Source: Candidatus Fimenecus sp. (GTDB lineage Bacteria > Bacillota > Clostridia > Oscillospirales > Acutalibacteraceae). From it: a stretch of DNA of 64,000 bases. The stretch lies in assembly GCA_045533355.1 (NCBI GenBank), contig JAZSHP010000005.1, positions 1,036 through 65,035 of the forward strand, written 5' to 3'. A program made the position numbers and the translations under genes. The notes beneath the pieces are model-generated. The model did not search any database. It worked only from the letters and a program-made list of their open reading frames with translations, and was not told the origin of the DNA. Positions 1 through 8,938 of the stretch are shown here, one piece after another (the first letter of the stretch is position 1; each line of letters opens with the position of its first letter).

Positions 1-85
1 TTTTGTGTAAATAAAATATAATACCATTTTTTATAATAATCCGCCGGGAATTTTTATACACAAGTATTTTTATTATGAAATTATA

Positions 86-1081
86 CTATTTTATTCTGAC
101 ATAACCACTTTCTTCAATAAGTGTTTGACCTTCATCAGAAAGTATCCAGTCAATAAGAACAAGAATGTTCTCATTTGTATTGTCTGCACGATAAATAGCA
201 TAGAATTTTGCAACAATAGGATAAGTGCCGCTTCGAATGTTTTCTGCACTTGGCTCAACACCATTTAATGACAGCATTTTAACACCTTTATTTGCAACTA
301 TTCCATCCATATAATAACGGAATGAAAAGCCGATTGAACCGCCTGTAATTGCAAGAGGTGACTTGGGTGCAATTTCAATATCTCCCATAAATGAATTCAT
401 TGCTGATTGACTACCGCTACCTTCTAATCTTGTGACGGGATTGATAATTCTGTTGGGCCCGCCAACTTGTGACCAGTTTTTGTATTTACCACCGTAAATA
501 TCACGGATTTGTTGTGTTGTCAGGTTATCAACAGGATTGTTTTCATTAACAAAGAACACAAAGCCATCAAGTCCAATGGGAACAAAAACTAACTCAACAC
601 CTTTTTCTTCAGCATAAGCTTTTTGTTCTTCTGACGGTGCAGCACAGAACAGAATATCTGTAGTACCGTCAACGATTGCCTCATATCCACGAACAGTATT
701 TTTATACTGCATTTTGCTGTCAGATGCAAAGTTTTCGCCATAGAAATTGTCGTCAGAAAAACTTCCACCCTCATAGGTTACAGAGCCTTGGGGATAAACA
801 CAATCAATAATTGATGCATAAACGGGAACAAGTGCTGCTGCACCATCTAAAACAGGTAAATTATCCGTAAGCTTTAATGATGATTCAATCCTTGCCAAAT
901 CAGAGTTTTCTTCGTGTGGCAAATATTTGCTTACATCAACCATTTTTGCTTGTGATGTACCACTAAAGTTGTTGGAAAGACGAACTGTCAACAACATATA
1001 AATACTTAAATTAAATGAAATAAATAATACAACCACAAAGAGTATAGTGAAAAGTTGTTTCAATAAACTGGTTTTCTTCAT
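86..1081 (-). CDS. Membrane-anchored PstS/PBP-like-2 family substrate-binding protein; no pstCAB partners in the window
   Basis: 331-aa ORF with ATG at 1081. It has an N-terminal hydrophobic anchor followed by a periplasmic-binding-protein-like body (GSGSQSAM, SFRYY, TYPI motifs typical of PstS-family proteins). Confidence 0.6.
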   Translation of the reverse strand: MKKTSLLKQLFTILFVVVLFISFNLSIYMLLTVRLSNNFSGTSQAKMVDVSKYLPHEENSDLARIESSLKLTDNLPVLDGAAALVPVYASIIDCVYPQGSVTYEGGSFSDDNFYGENFASDSKMQYKNTVRGYEAIVDGTTDILFCAAPSEEQKAYAEEKGVELVFVPIGLDGFVFFVNENNPVDNLTTQQIRDIYGGKYKNWSQVGGPNRIINPVTRLEGSGSQSAMNSFMGDIEIAPKSPLAITGGSIGFSFRYYMDGIVANKGVKMLSLNGVEPSAENIRSGTYPIVAKFYAIYRADNTNENILVLIDWILSDEGQTLIEESGYVRIK

Positions 1082-1082
1082 A

Positions 1083-1223
1083 TCACCAAAGCTCCTTTGC
1101 TATGAAATAAATAATGGAGCAATGCTGATAAGCGTCAATGGCATATATAAAATGTGCAATAGTTAATACAAGGCATACAGCCACAACTACAATCAAAACA
1201 TTATAATATGTTTTCTGTTTCAT
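1083..1223 (-). CDS. Small hydrophobic membrane protein (46 aa)
   Basis: The ORF-track start at 1265 overlaps the upstream gene. An internal ATG at 1223 is preceded by AAGGTG. There is a single TM helix, and the ORF abuts the start of the PstS-like gene. Confidence 0.35.
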   Translation of the reverse strand: MKQKTYYNVLIVVVAVCLVLTIAHFIYAIDAYQHCSIIYFIAKELW

Positions 1224-1233
1224 TGATAACACC

Positions 1234-1470
1234 TTACATATAGGCAATGCCCATGGCGAACGCAACTACCAGTCCGACGATAATTGCCACTAATACAAAG
1301 GCAATAACAGAAGAAATAATAAGGTTTGATTTAATAGACTTCAATTCCTCTTTGCTGTAAGTATCAGGATTTAATTCGTTTTCATGCTTTGCCTGACGAT
1401 ATTTTATAAGATTTGATATCCACCATATAATCGATATAATTGGGATAGCATAAAAGAATATATCAATCAT
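1234..1470 (-). CDS. Small two-TM membrane protein, paralog of 1510..1779
   Basis: 78 aa with two hydrophobic helices flanking a charged loop (RQAKHENELNPDTYSKEELKSIK). The C-terminus ends in ..YM, as in the neighbouring paralog. Confidence 0.5.
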   Translation of the reverse strand: MIDIFFYAIPIISIIWWISNLIKYRQAKHENELNPDTYSKEELKSIKSNLIISSVIAFVLVAIIVGLVVAFAMGIAYM

Positions 1471-1509
1471 AATTATTAATCTCCTTTATGATTTGTTTAT
1501 TTCAATTAC

Positions 1510-1779
1510 CTACATATATGTAATATTTTGACCAAATAACAATATGATAACAGCAACAATAATCGCCAAAACCAAAGCAGTTATAAAAGTTGCTGTAACA
1601 GATTTTTTTAAATTATTTAAATCTTCCTCTGTGTAACTGTCGGGATTCATAGTATGTTGAAGTTTTGCATCATTATATCTTGAAACCCTAACTATACTAC
1701 AGATAAGTGCAATAATGGGACTTATCAAAAATGTTACAGGAATTGCTAAAACTATAAATATTTCAATTAATTCAGCCAT
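1510..1779 (-). CDS. Small two-TM membrane protein, paralog of 1234..1470
   Basis: 89 aa with the same TM-charged loop-TM layout (RYNDAKLQHTMNPDSYTEEDLNNLKK) and the same C-terminal ..TYM. Confidence 0.5.
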   Translation of the reverse strand: MAELIEIFIVLAIPVTFLISPIIALICSIVRVSRYNDAKLQHTMNPDSYTEEDLNNLKKSVTATFITALVLAIIVAVIILLFGQNITYM

Positions 1780-1878
1780 GATAAACCCCTTTCAGTTTGT
1801 TTATGGTTTCATGCTAATTAGTATAAAATCATGTGCCAATGCAGAAAACATGATAATTCTTCAACAATTAAAAACACT

Positions 1879-3222
1879 TTAGACTTCATAAATTGTTGTT
1901 TTATTGAAAAGCACTCGGAATATTCCTATGAGTTTTTGGAATAAGCCTGCATTTGAATGCATAGCAATTCTGTCCTCTGCAAGAACATTTCCATCCTTAT
2001 CATATAATCTTGCTTCAACCCATGTATCGCCCTTGTGTTCTGATACCAATTCAAATGCGTATCCATCATCAAGAACATGTGTTGAAAACAAATTATCATA
2101 TACATACCATTTTATATACGAGCCTGCAGGAGCATTGCCTTCAATCTCCGCATGAAGAATTATTCCGTCTTTATAACGAATTTTAGTTCTCGATGGAGTC
2201 ATAATGCTGAATCTTTCTCTAATTCTCTTTACATCAAAATTCTGATTAAGATTCATTTTCATAGCAGGACGAACACCAAAACAAGTCCAACAAGGTGAAA
2301 AAAGTTCCGGATTATACTGTCCCTCTCCGGCAACAAAACCTGAACATCCATATTCTTCAGGTGCACGTAACCACCATGATGAGTACTTATCAATAATACC
2401 ATCTTCAATAGCAAGTCCCTGGCATTTTGCGTAGTCTGTTCCATATGCACGGCGGGACACATCTTCTAATTTTTGAGAAACAAAACCATACTTCTCATTC
2501 ATTACATCATCATAAGATGGAAGAAAGATTTTATCGTAAGTAGTTTCGCCATCATAAACACTATCAAATGGTGATGTGTTATCCTGTACTGAATTAAAAA
2601 TTTCAATTTTTTCTTCACTTGTAAAGGCTGTGTTATAGAAATCATCATTAAGCCACGCTCTTATTGAGCTTGCCTCATAGTCACTTGCATACTTTTCGCA
2701 TGATGAATCCTGATAATAGTCATCGAATGCTGCAAGCAAAGTGTTGTGATATGCCTGAGAATCTATTATTGTTTCACTTAAAACAAAGCCTTCATCAGGG
2801 TCAAGAATACACCATTGAATAGGCTCATATTCAAACCAATATACAGTACCTATATAATAACCATTTTCTTCCTGGCATGTATAATCATCACTATATGCTG
2901 TAGCCATAGGTCTGTACTGTGTGAAAGTTACTGCACGATACTTATTTCCGTTATATGTAACATCAGCATACTTCATAAAATCTCCGGGTACTTGTTCGTC
3001 AATTGTACCTGAATAATAATCATAAGAAATCCATTCAAGAGTTTGTGCATTTAACTTTGCAAGAATTGTTTCGTCTTTTACTTCACTTTGTGGGTATGAA
3101 CCAAATTCGATAATATCTCCAACAGAGTAAAGTGGTTCTTCAGCAACTGCTGTAATACTTACAATTGAAAGTGTCATTATCAATGTCATGAATACTGATA
3201 AAAATTTCTTTATATTTTTCAT
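1879..3222 (-). CDS. Secreted DUF6273-like protein carrying the island-specific C-terminal module
   Basis: It has a signal peptide (MKNIKKFLSVFMTLIMTLSIVSITAVA). The motifs GDIIEFGSYPQSEV and WWLRAP match my recollection of DUF6273. It is a paralog of 8885..10252. The C-terminal roughly 100 aa are shared with three neighbours. Confidence 0.7.
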   Translation of the reverse strand: MKNIKKFLSVFMTLIMTLSIVSITAVAEEPLYSVGDIIEFGSYPQSEVKDETILAKLNAQTLEWISYDYYSGTIDEQVPGDFMKYADVTYNGNKYRAVTFTQYRPMATAYSDDYTCQEENGYYIGTVYWFEYEPIQWCILDPDEGFVLSETIIDSQAYHNTLLAAFDDYYQDSSCEKYASDYEASSIRAWLNDDFYNTAFTSEEKIEIFNSVQDNTSPFDSVYDGETTYDKIFLPSYDDVMNEKYGFVSQKLEDVSRRAYGTDYAKCQGLAIEDGIIDKYSSWWLRAPEEYGCSGFVAGEGQYNPELFSPCWTCFGVRPAMKMNLNQNFDVKRIRERFSIMTPSRTKIRYKDGIILHAEIEGNAPAGSYIKWYVYDNLFSTHVLDDGYAFELVSEHKGDTWVEARLYDKDGNVLAEDRIAMHSNAGLFQKLIGIFRVLFNKTTIYEV

Positions 3223-3241
3223 AATTTTTCTCCATTAAGAA

Positions 3242-3637
3242 TTAATTATTAATGTTATCTGTCTGCAGCTTATCTTTGCGGTTTCTGAATGACTCCGCAA
3301 TGGAAAGGGCAAGTGTTCTTATGCCCCATCCCATACCAATACCTATTAATGTACCTAGCATATAAATCAATATATATCCTACAATTATTTGTTTATAAAA
3401 AATATCCATAAACAAAATCGAAAAAACTACTGTAATAATTGGGAAAAGCAGTTTTATTTTTCTTTCAATAAACAGCCCCATTATTAATCCGATTATAGGT
3501 GTAACAAGAATAGGTAACAAAATATAAGCAGCATAATCACCATTTTTCATCTCAAGATATGGCATTAGAAAATAGATTATCATCTCTGCTATAACGCCAA
3601 CTATAAACAGAATAATGTCTTTAATTAAACTTTTCAT
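3242..3637 (-). CDS. Polytopic membrane protein (about 4 TM), unknown function
   Basis: ATG at 3637 is preceded by GAGG; the ORF-track start at 3703 is an upstream extension. The protein is very hydrophobic. It lies 19 nt upstream of the 1879..3222 gene, so the two are probably co-transcribed. Confidence 0.55.
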   Translation of the reverse strand: MKSLIKDIILFIVGVIAEMIIYFLMPYLEMKNGDYAAYILLPILVTPIIGLIMGLFIERKIKLLFPIITVVFSILFMDIFYKQIIVGYILIYMLGTLIGIGMGWGIRTLALSIAESFRNRKDKLQTDNINN

Positions 3638-3744
3638 ATTTTTCAACCTCTGTTTGATAATAATAAACGGAGTGATAACGAGCCTTTTCGAGTGAAATAT
3701 CAATCAAAAAGGCTCCTCATTCATGTTTAAACTTGCATTAATCT

Positions 3745-6700
3745 TTATCTTTCGCGAATCTCAGTTAAACCAAAGAGTCCACGGAAGAAGCCACCGATTA
3801 TGTCAAATAATCCTGCTTTTGAACGCATTTCGATAGTATCAGTTGCTAGTTCTTTTCCGTCTGCATCAATAAGTTTTACAGTGAATGTTGTGTAACCATT
3901 GCTTTTTGATACAATTTCCAATGTTGAACCGTCTTCTGAATCAGTTGTCTTGAACTTGTTGTTACTTGCGGACCAAACAATTTTTGCACCAGTTGGAACT
4001 GTTCCCTCAACATTAGCGTGAAGAATAATACCATCTTTGTATCTGATTGTTGTTGTAGTTGGATTTTGAATTGATATGGTTGCATTAATTTCTTCAACAA
4101 CTGCATAGAAACTGAAATGAGTTGTTTCAAATACAAGATAACCATTTTCATATCTTGCAGGCATCTTTTCTACTTTACCTGTTGTAGTATCTACATGATA
4201 TACAAAAGAACGATTTGGGTCATATCCACTTGGGAGTGGAATTCTTAAAGTAATTGCTCCGTTTGGTTGTGTTGCAATTCCGTCAACAGTCATTGAGATG
4301 TCATAAATAAACTTCTGTGATGCATTAAGTGATGTATCAATTACATCAAATGCTGTTCCGTCGAATGATTCTTCAACAATAATATCAACTACACCGTTGT
4401 AATCTTCACTTTCAAATTCCATTGAAACACCTGTGTCTTCGTCTGTCACAACTTCCTTTTCAAGCATTGGAACTATTTCTTCTTCAACAACTTCTCCACA
4501 TACAGTACACTTCTTAACTTTTTTGCCTTCTGTTTCATATGTTGGCTCAAGAACTACTTCCCATTCACCTGTGGTATGACCTGTTGCAGGAATAATGGTC
4601 GGTGTACCAAGAGTTTCGCCACAGATTTCACATACACTGTATTCCATACCTGCTACTGTACATGTTGCAGGAACAGTTACAATTTTAGATGTATGTCCTG
4701 TTGCAGGAATTCTTTCTGTATATGAATCGCCACATATTGTACATGTATATGTTTTAACACCATCAATTGTACAGGTTGGAGCTGTTGTTACCTCTGATTC
4801 ATAGTTATGTGGATGATAATTATAATGAATTGTTGCGTTGAGTAATGGCTCGTTTCTTTCACCTATTGTAACATTATTCCACTGTTCTTCTGTAGCACCA
4901 TAATATACATCTGTAAGGCTTTCGCAATTAAAGAATGCAAAGTCACCAATTGATGTTACACTATTAGGGATTGTTATGCTTGTAAGACTACTGCACTCCA
5001 TAAATGTAGCCGCACCAATTGTTGTTATACTGTCGGGGATTGTTACACTTGTAAGGTTGTTGCAATATCTAAACGCACCATCACCGATTGTTGTTACGCT
5101 GTCGGGGATTGTTACACTTGTAAGGTTCATGCAATAACTAAAAGCCATTCTTCCAATTGCTGTTACACTGTCGGGAATTGTTACACTTGTAAGAACTGCG
5201 CAACGTTCAAACGCTTGGTCACTAATTGACGTTACACCATCACTAATAACAACCTTATCAATATTAAATAGGTATTGGTCCCATGGAGCGACACTATAAG
5301 TAGCCATTGGACCTGTACCCGAAACCGTTAATGTACGGGTTTGATAATCATAACTCCAAGTGAGATTTTCACCGTAAGTACCTGTCGCAACATCATTAGA
5401 ATCAATGTAATGAATGGTTGCATTTACCAAATCATCATTAGATGTACCAATTGAAATTTTAGTAAACTCTTCTTCGGTTCCAAAATAGAAAACATTAGTA
5501 AGTTCTTTGCAATTTGGAAATGCATAATCACTAATTGTTGATACACTATTAGGAATTGTTACATTTGTAAGTACACTGCAATTAGAAAATGCATTCTCTC
5601 CAATTGTTGTTACACCATCAAGAATTATTACAGTCATAAGGGCGCTATGACTAAACGCCTCTGCACCGATTGATGTTACGCTACCCGGGATTGTTACTGC
5701 CATAAGGCTCTCACAATAATAAAATGCATAATCACCAATTGTTGTTACACTATCGGGAATTGTTATGCTTGTAAGGCTTTCGCAGTATGCAAATGCATTA
5801 TTACCGATTGTTGTTACACTGTCGGGGATCGTTATGCTTGTAAGACCAATACATTCACCAAACACAGCATCACTAATTGTGGTTACGCTATCAGGGATTG
5901 TTACAGTTTCCAGTTTGATGCAAGTTACAAATGCACCCATTCCAATTGTTGTTACACTGTCAGGGATTGTTACAGTTACAAGTTCAATACACGCGCCAAA
6001 TGCAGCCATACCAATTGTTGTTACGCTATTGCCAATTGTAACCTCTGTAAGGCTTTCACAAGATGCAAATGCATTATTACCGATTGTTGTTACACCATCA
6101 CCGATAACAACTGTTTCAATTTCATTCAAATAACTTTCCCATGGACGGTCTGTGAGTTCTCCACTTTCTTCATCATAGTAGTCATCCATCGCACCTGTAC
6201 CTGAAATAGTTAAGGTACCTGTGGATTCATCAAATGTCCATGTAAGATTCTCACCACAATATCCGGAAGTTGGAGTATCGTTATAATGAATTGTCGCGTT
6301 GAGTAATGGAGAATTATATTCATCTATTGTAACATTATTCCACTCTTCTTCTGTACCTGAATAATATACATCTGTAAGGCTTGTGCAATAACTAAATGCT
6401 TGCCGACCAATTGATGTTACACCGTCACCGATTGTTACACCTGTAAGGTTTGTACAATAATAAATTGCATTATTACCAATTGATGTTACACTATTAGGTA
6501 TTATTACACTTGTAAGGTTATCACAACCTGCTAATGCATAACAAGCTATTACAAGAGTTCCATCTTTTATTTTATATTCACCTGATATACTTTCATCTGC
6601 TTTAATTAAATGATTTCCAATATAAAGAACATCATTTTCCCAATTATTTGTATCATTGTAATATGCAGTATTATAAAATGCATATTCACCAATTGATGTT

Positions 6701-7182
6701 ACACTGTTAGGGATTGTTATACTTGTTAGGCTTCTGCAATCATAAAATGCATTACTAACGATTGAAGTTACACTATTAGGAATTGTTACACTTGTAAGAC
6801 TTATACAAAAACCGAATGCATAATCCCCGATTGATGTTACGCTGTTACCGATTGTTACACTTGTGAGATTTGTGCACTCACAAAATGCATTATATCCGAT
6901 TGATGTTACACCTGATTCAATAACAACTGAAGCAATATTATCCTTAAATTTTTCCCAAGGACGATTATATGTTCTATCTGTAGTAAAGTAGGGATAGCCA
7001 CGTATCTCTCCTGTACCTGAAATAGTTAAAGTGCCTGTTACATCGTCAAATGTCCATATAAGATTTTCACCACAAGTGCCTGATGTTTCCGCTGCACTTG
7101 CAGTAATGCTTGACATTGGAATGATAGATACTATCATAATCAATGCCAAGAAGATTGATAAAAATTTCTTTGACTTTTTCAT
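3745..7182 (-). CDS. Large secreted BspA-type leucine-rich-repeat (LRR_5-like) surface protein, 1145 aa
   Basis: It has a signal peptide, then three tandem LRR blocks. Each block opens with CGENL(T/I)W..D...GTLTISGTG and closes with NATIHY. There are many IP(D/N)SVT(S/T)IG(x)AF repeats, then Cys-repeat units (C..G....C..CG), then the shared C-terminal module. Confidence 0.85.
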   Translation of the reverse strand: MKKSKKFLSIFLALIMIVSIIPMSSITASAAETSGTCGENLIWTFDDVTGTLTISGTGEIRGYPYFTTDRTYNRPWEKFKDNIASVVIESGVTSIGYNAFCECTNLTSVTIGNSVTSIGDYAFGFCISLTSVTIPNSVTSIVSNAFYDCRSLTSITIPNSVTSIGEYAFYNTAYYNDTNNWENDVLYIGNHLIKADESISGEYKIKDGTLVIACYALAGCDNLTSVIIPNSVTSIGNNAIYYCTNLTGVTIGDGVTSIGRQAFSYCTSLTDVYYSGTEEEWNNVTIDEYNSPLLNATIHYNDTPTSGYCGENLTWTFDESTGTLTISGTGAMDDYYDEESGELTDRPWESYLNEIETVVIGDGVTTIGNNAFASCESLTEVTIGNSVTTIGMAAFGACIELVTVTIPDSVTTIGMGAFVTCIKLETVTIPDSVTTISDAVFGECIGLTSITIPDSVTTIGNNAFAYCESLTSITIPDSVTTIGDYAFYYCESLMAVTIPGSVTSIGAEAFSHSALMTVIILDGVTTIGENAFSNCSVLTNVTIPNSVSTISDYAFPNCKELTNVFYFGTEEEFTKISIGTSNDDLVNATIHYIDSNDVATGTYGENLTWSYDYQTRTLTVSGTGPMATYSVAPWDQYLFNIDKVVISDGVTSISDQAFERCAVLTSVTIPDSVTAIGRMAFSYCMNLTSVTIPDSVTTIGDGAFRYCNNLTSVTIPDSITTIGAATFMECSSLTSITIPNSVTSIGDFAFFNCESLTDVYYGATEEQWNNVTIGERNEPLLNATIHYNYHPHNYESEVTTAPTCTIDGVKTYTCTICGDSYTERIPATGHTSKIVTVPATCTVAGMEYSVCEICGETLGTPTIIPATGHTTGEWEVVLEPTYETEGKKVKKCTVCGEVVEEEIVPMLEKEVVTDEDTGVSMEFESEDYNGVVDIIVEESFDGTAFDVIDTSLNASQKFIYDISMTVDGIATQPNGAITLRIPLPSGYDPNRSFVYHVDTTTGKVEKMPARYENGYLVFETTHFSFYAVVEEINATISIQNPTTTTIRYKDGIILHANVEGTVPTGAKIVWSASNNKFKTTDSEDGSTLEIVSKSNGYTTFTVKLIDADGKELATDTIEMRSKAGLFDIIGGFFRGLFGLTEIRER

Positions 7183-7310
7183 AAAAACTCTCCTTTTATA
7201 TTGATTTATTTACACTCTGACAATTGTCGTTATCAGAATTTGCTTCAATATTAGTTTTAATATTCGTAAATATTTGTCAAACCGAAAATCAAACGGAATA
7301 AGCCACCGAT
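7013..7310. repeat. Copy A of a roughly 300-bp dispersed direct repeat spanning a gene junction (3' tail codons + 74-nt intergenic + signal-peptide codons)
   Basis: By eye it aligns along its length with 8641..8938. The core 7211..7288 versus 8839..8916 is 78 bp with 1 mismatch. Both intergenic spacers are exactly 74 nt. Confidence 0.8.
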
Positions 7311-8810
7311 TTTGTCAAAGAAACTTGACTGTGAATAAAGCTCAACAGAATCAATTGCAATTACTTTTCCGTCAGCATCACAAAGTTTTGCTGTAAATGT
7401 TGTGTAGCCGTTATTTTTTGCAATGATTTGTAAATCATTTTCTTTTGTTTTTTCTTTGAAATTATTATTATCTGAACTCCAATTTATGTACCAACCATCA
7501 GGAATATTTCCATCAACAGCTGTGTGAAGAACAATACCGTCTCTGTTGCGAAGTTCTGTACGTGAAGGTTCTAAAACTTCAAAAGTGATAATATCAGATT
7601 CATTTTGCACATTAAAATGGATACTCATATTACTTAACGGTTCATTGTTATCCTCAATAACAATACTGTTCCAATCGTCTTCTGTACCAGAATAATATAC
7701 ATATTTAAGATTATCACAATCTAAAAAGACACCATGATTAATCTCTGTTACTGTTTTAGGAATCATTACACTTTTGAGATTATAACAATCTGTAAAAGCA
7801 TTTTTGCCAAGTGTTTTTACACCTTGTCCAATTATTACATTTTCAAGGCTAATACAACAAGCAAATGCAAAATTACCAATTGTTGTTACACTATCAGGTA
7901 TTGTGATACTTGTAAGGCTTGTGCAATGCTCAAATGCATTATAACCAATTGTTGTTACACTGTCAGGTATTGTGATACCTGTAAGGCTTGTGCAATAAAA
8001 AAATGCACAAGTACCAATTTCTGTTACCTTATTACCAACTGTTATATTTTCAAGATAATTGCAGTCAGAAAATGCATATTTACCAATTGTTGTTACATTA
8101 CCACCGATTATTACACTTGTAAGGCTATTACAACGAGTAAATGCATCCCTACCAATTGTTACCACACAATCAGGAATTGTATAACTCGTTCTTATATTAC
8201 CTGCGGGATACTGAACAAGTGTTGTTTTATCTTTATTAAACAATACACCATCTTCATTACTTGAATAATATGGATTATTGCTATCTACCTCAATACTTGT
8301 AAGACTGTTGCAATAACAAAATGCACCAACACCAATTGTTGTTACACTGTCTGGTATAGTTACATATGTAAGACTCGAACAAAAAGAAAATGCTTTATCA
8401 CCAATTGTATTTACACTATCAGGAATTGTTATATTTACAAGATTTGTGCATTTATAAAATGCATATCCATCAATTTGTTTTACACTATCAGGAATTATTA
8501 CATTTAGAAGATTTAGGCATTCAAAAAATGCACCCACACCAATTGTTGTTACACCATTATTAATAACTACAGCCTTGATATTTGAATTAATATGACTCCA
8601 AGGAGTTGTACCAACATACTCATAATCACTCATTGCACCAGTACCTGAAATTGTTAAAGTGCCTGTGGATTCATCAAATGTCCATGTAAGATTTTCACCA
8701 CAAGCGCCTGATGTTTCCGCTGCACTCACAGTAATGCTTGACATTGGAATGACTGATATAATCATTATCAACGCCAAAAGGACTGATAGAATTTTCTTTG
8801 ACTTTTTCAT
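7257..8810 (-). CDS. Secreted BspA-type LRR surface protein, 517 aa
   Basis: The signal peptide and first roughly 60 aa are nearly identical to those of 3745..7182. It has one LRR block and the shared C-terminal module ending GLTNIYEY. Confidence 0.85.
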   Translation of the reverse strand: MKKSKKILSVLLALIMIISVIPMSSITVSAAETSGACGENLTWTFDESTGTLTISGTGAMSDYEYVGTTPWSHINSNIKAVVINNGVTTIGVGAFFECLNLLNVIIPDSVKQIDGYAFYKCTNLVNITIPDSVNTIGDKAFSFCSSLTYVTIPDSVTTIGVGAFCYCNSLTSIEVDSNNPYYSSNEDGVLFNKDKTTLVQYPAGNIRTSYTIPDCVVTIGRDAFTRCNSLTSVIIGGNVTTIGKYAFSDCNYLENITVGNKVTEIGTCAFFYCTSLTGITIPDSVTTIGYNAFEHCTSLTSITIPDSVTTIGNFAFACCISLENVIIGQGVKTLGKNAFTDCYNLKSVMIPKTVTEINHGVFLDCDNLKYVYYSGTEDDWNSIVIEDNNEPLSNMSIHFNVQNESDIITFEVLEPSRTELRNRDGIVLHTAVDGNIPDGWYINWSSDNNNFKEKTKENDLQIIAKNNGYTTFTAKLCDADGKVIAIDSVELYSQSSFFDKIGGLFRLIFGLTNIYEY

Positions 8811-8938
8811 AGAAACTCTCCTTTTTTATTGATTTAAATACACTCTGACAATTGTCGTTATCAGAATTTGTTTCAATATTAGTTTTAATATTCGTAAATA
8901 TTTGTCAAACCGAAAAGTGAACGGAAGAAGCCTAAGAT
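8641..8938. repeat. Copy B of the gene-junction repeat
   Basis: See copy A. It contains the same GACAATTGTC palindrome (8847..8856 versus 7219..7228). Confidence 0.8.

Noticed and set aside
4900-6900. Highly periodic roughly 69-75-nt repeats that could superficially suggest a CRISPR array or satellite
   Set aside because: The repeats lie in-frame inside a continuous 1145-aa ORF and encode IP(D/N)SVT(S/T)IG..AF leucine-rich repeats. There are no unique spacers and no cas genes.
5765-8264. Plus-strand ORFs 5765..6133 and 7734..8264 inside the LRR genes. The same applies to other antisense ORFs such as 47180..47575, 50062..50550, 26230..26673 and 29979..30434.
   Set aside because: They are antisense to long, well-supported genes. 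They translate to low-complexity or Cys/Thr/Ile-rich strings produced by the repeat structure of the opposite strand, and they have no RBS. I treat them as spurious.
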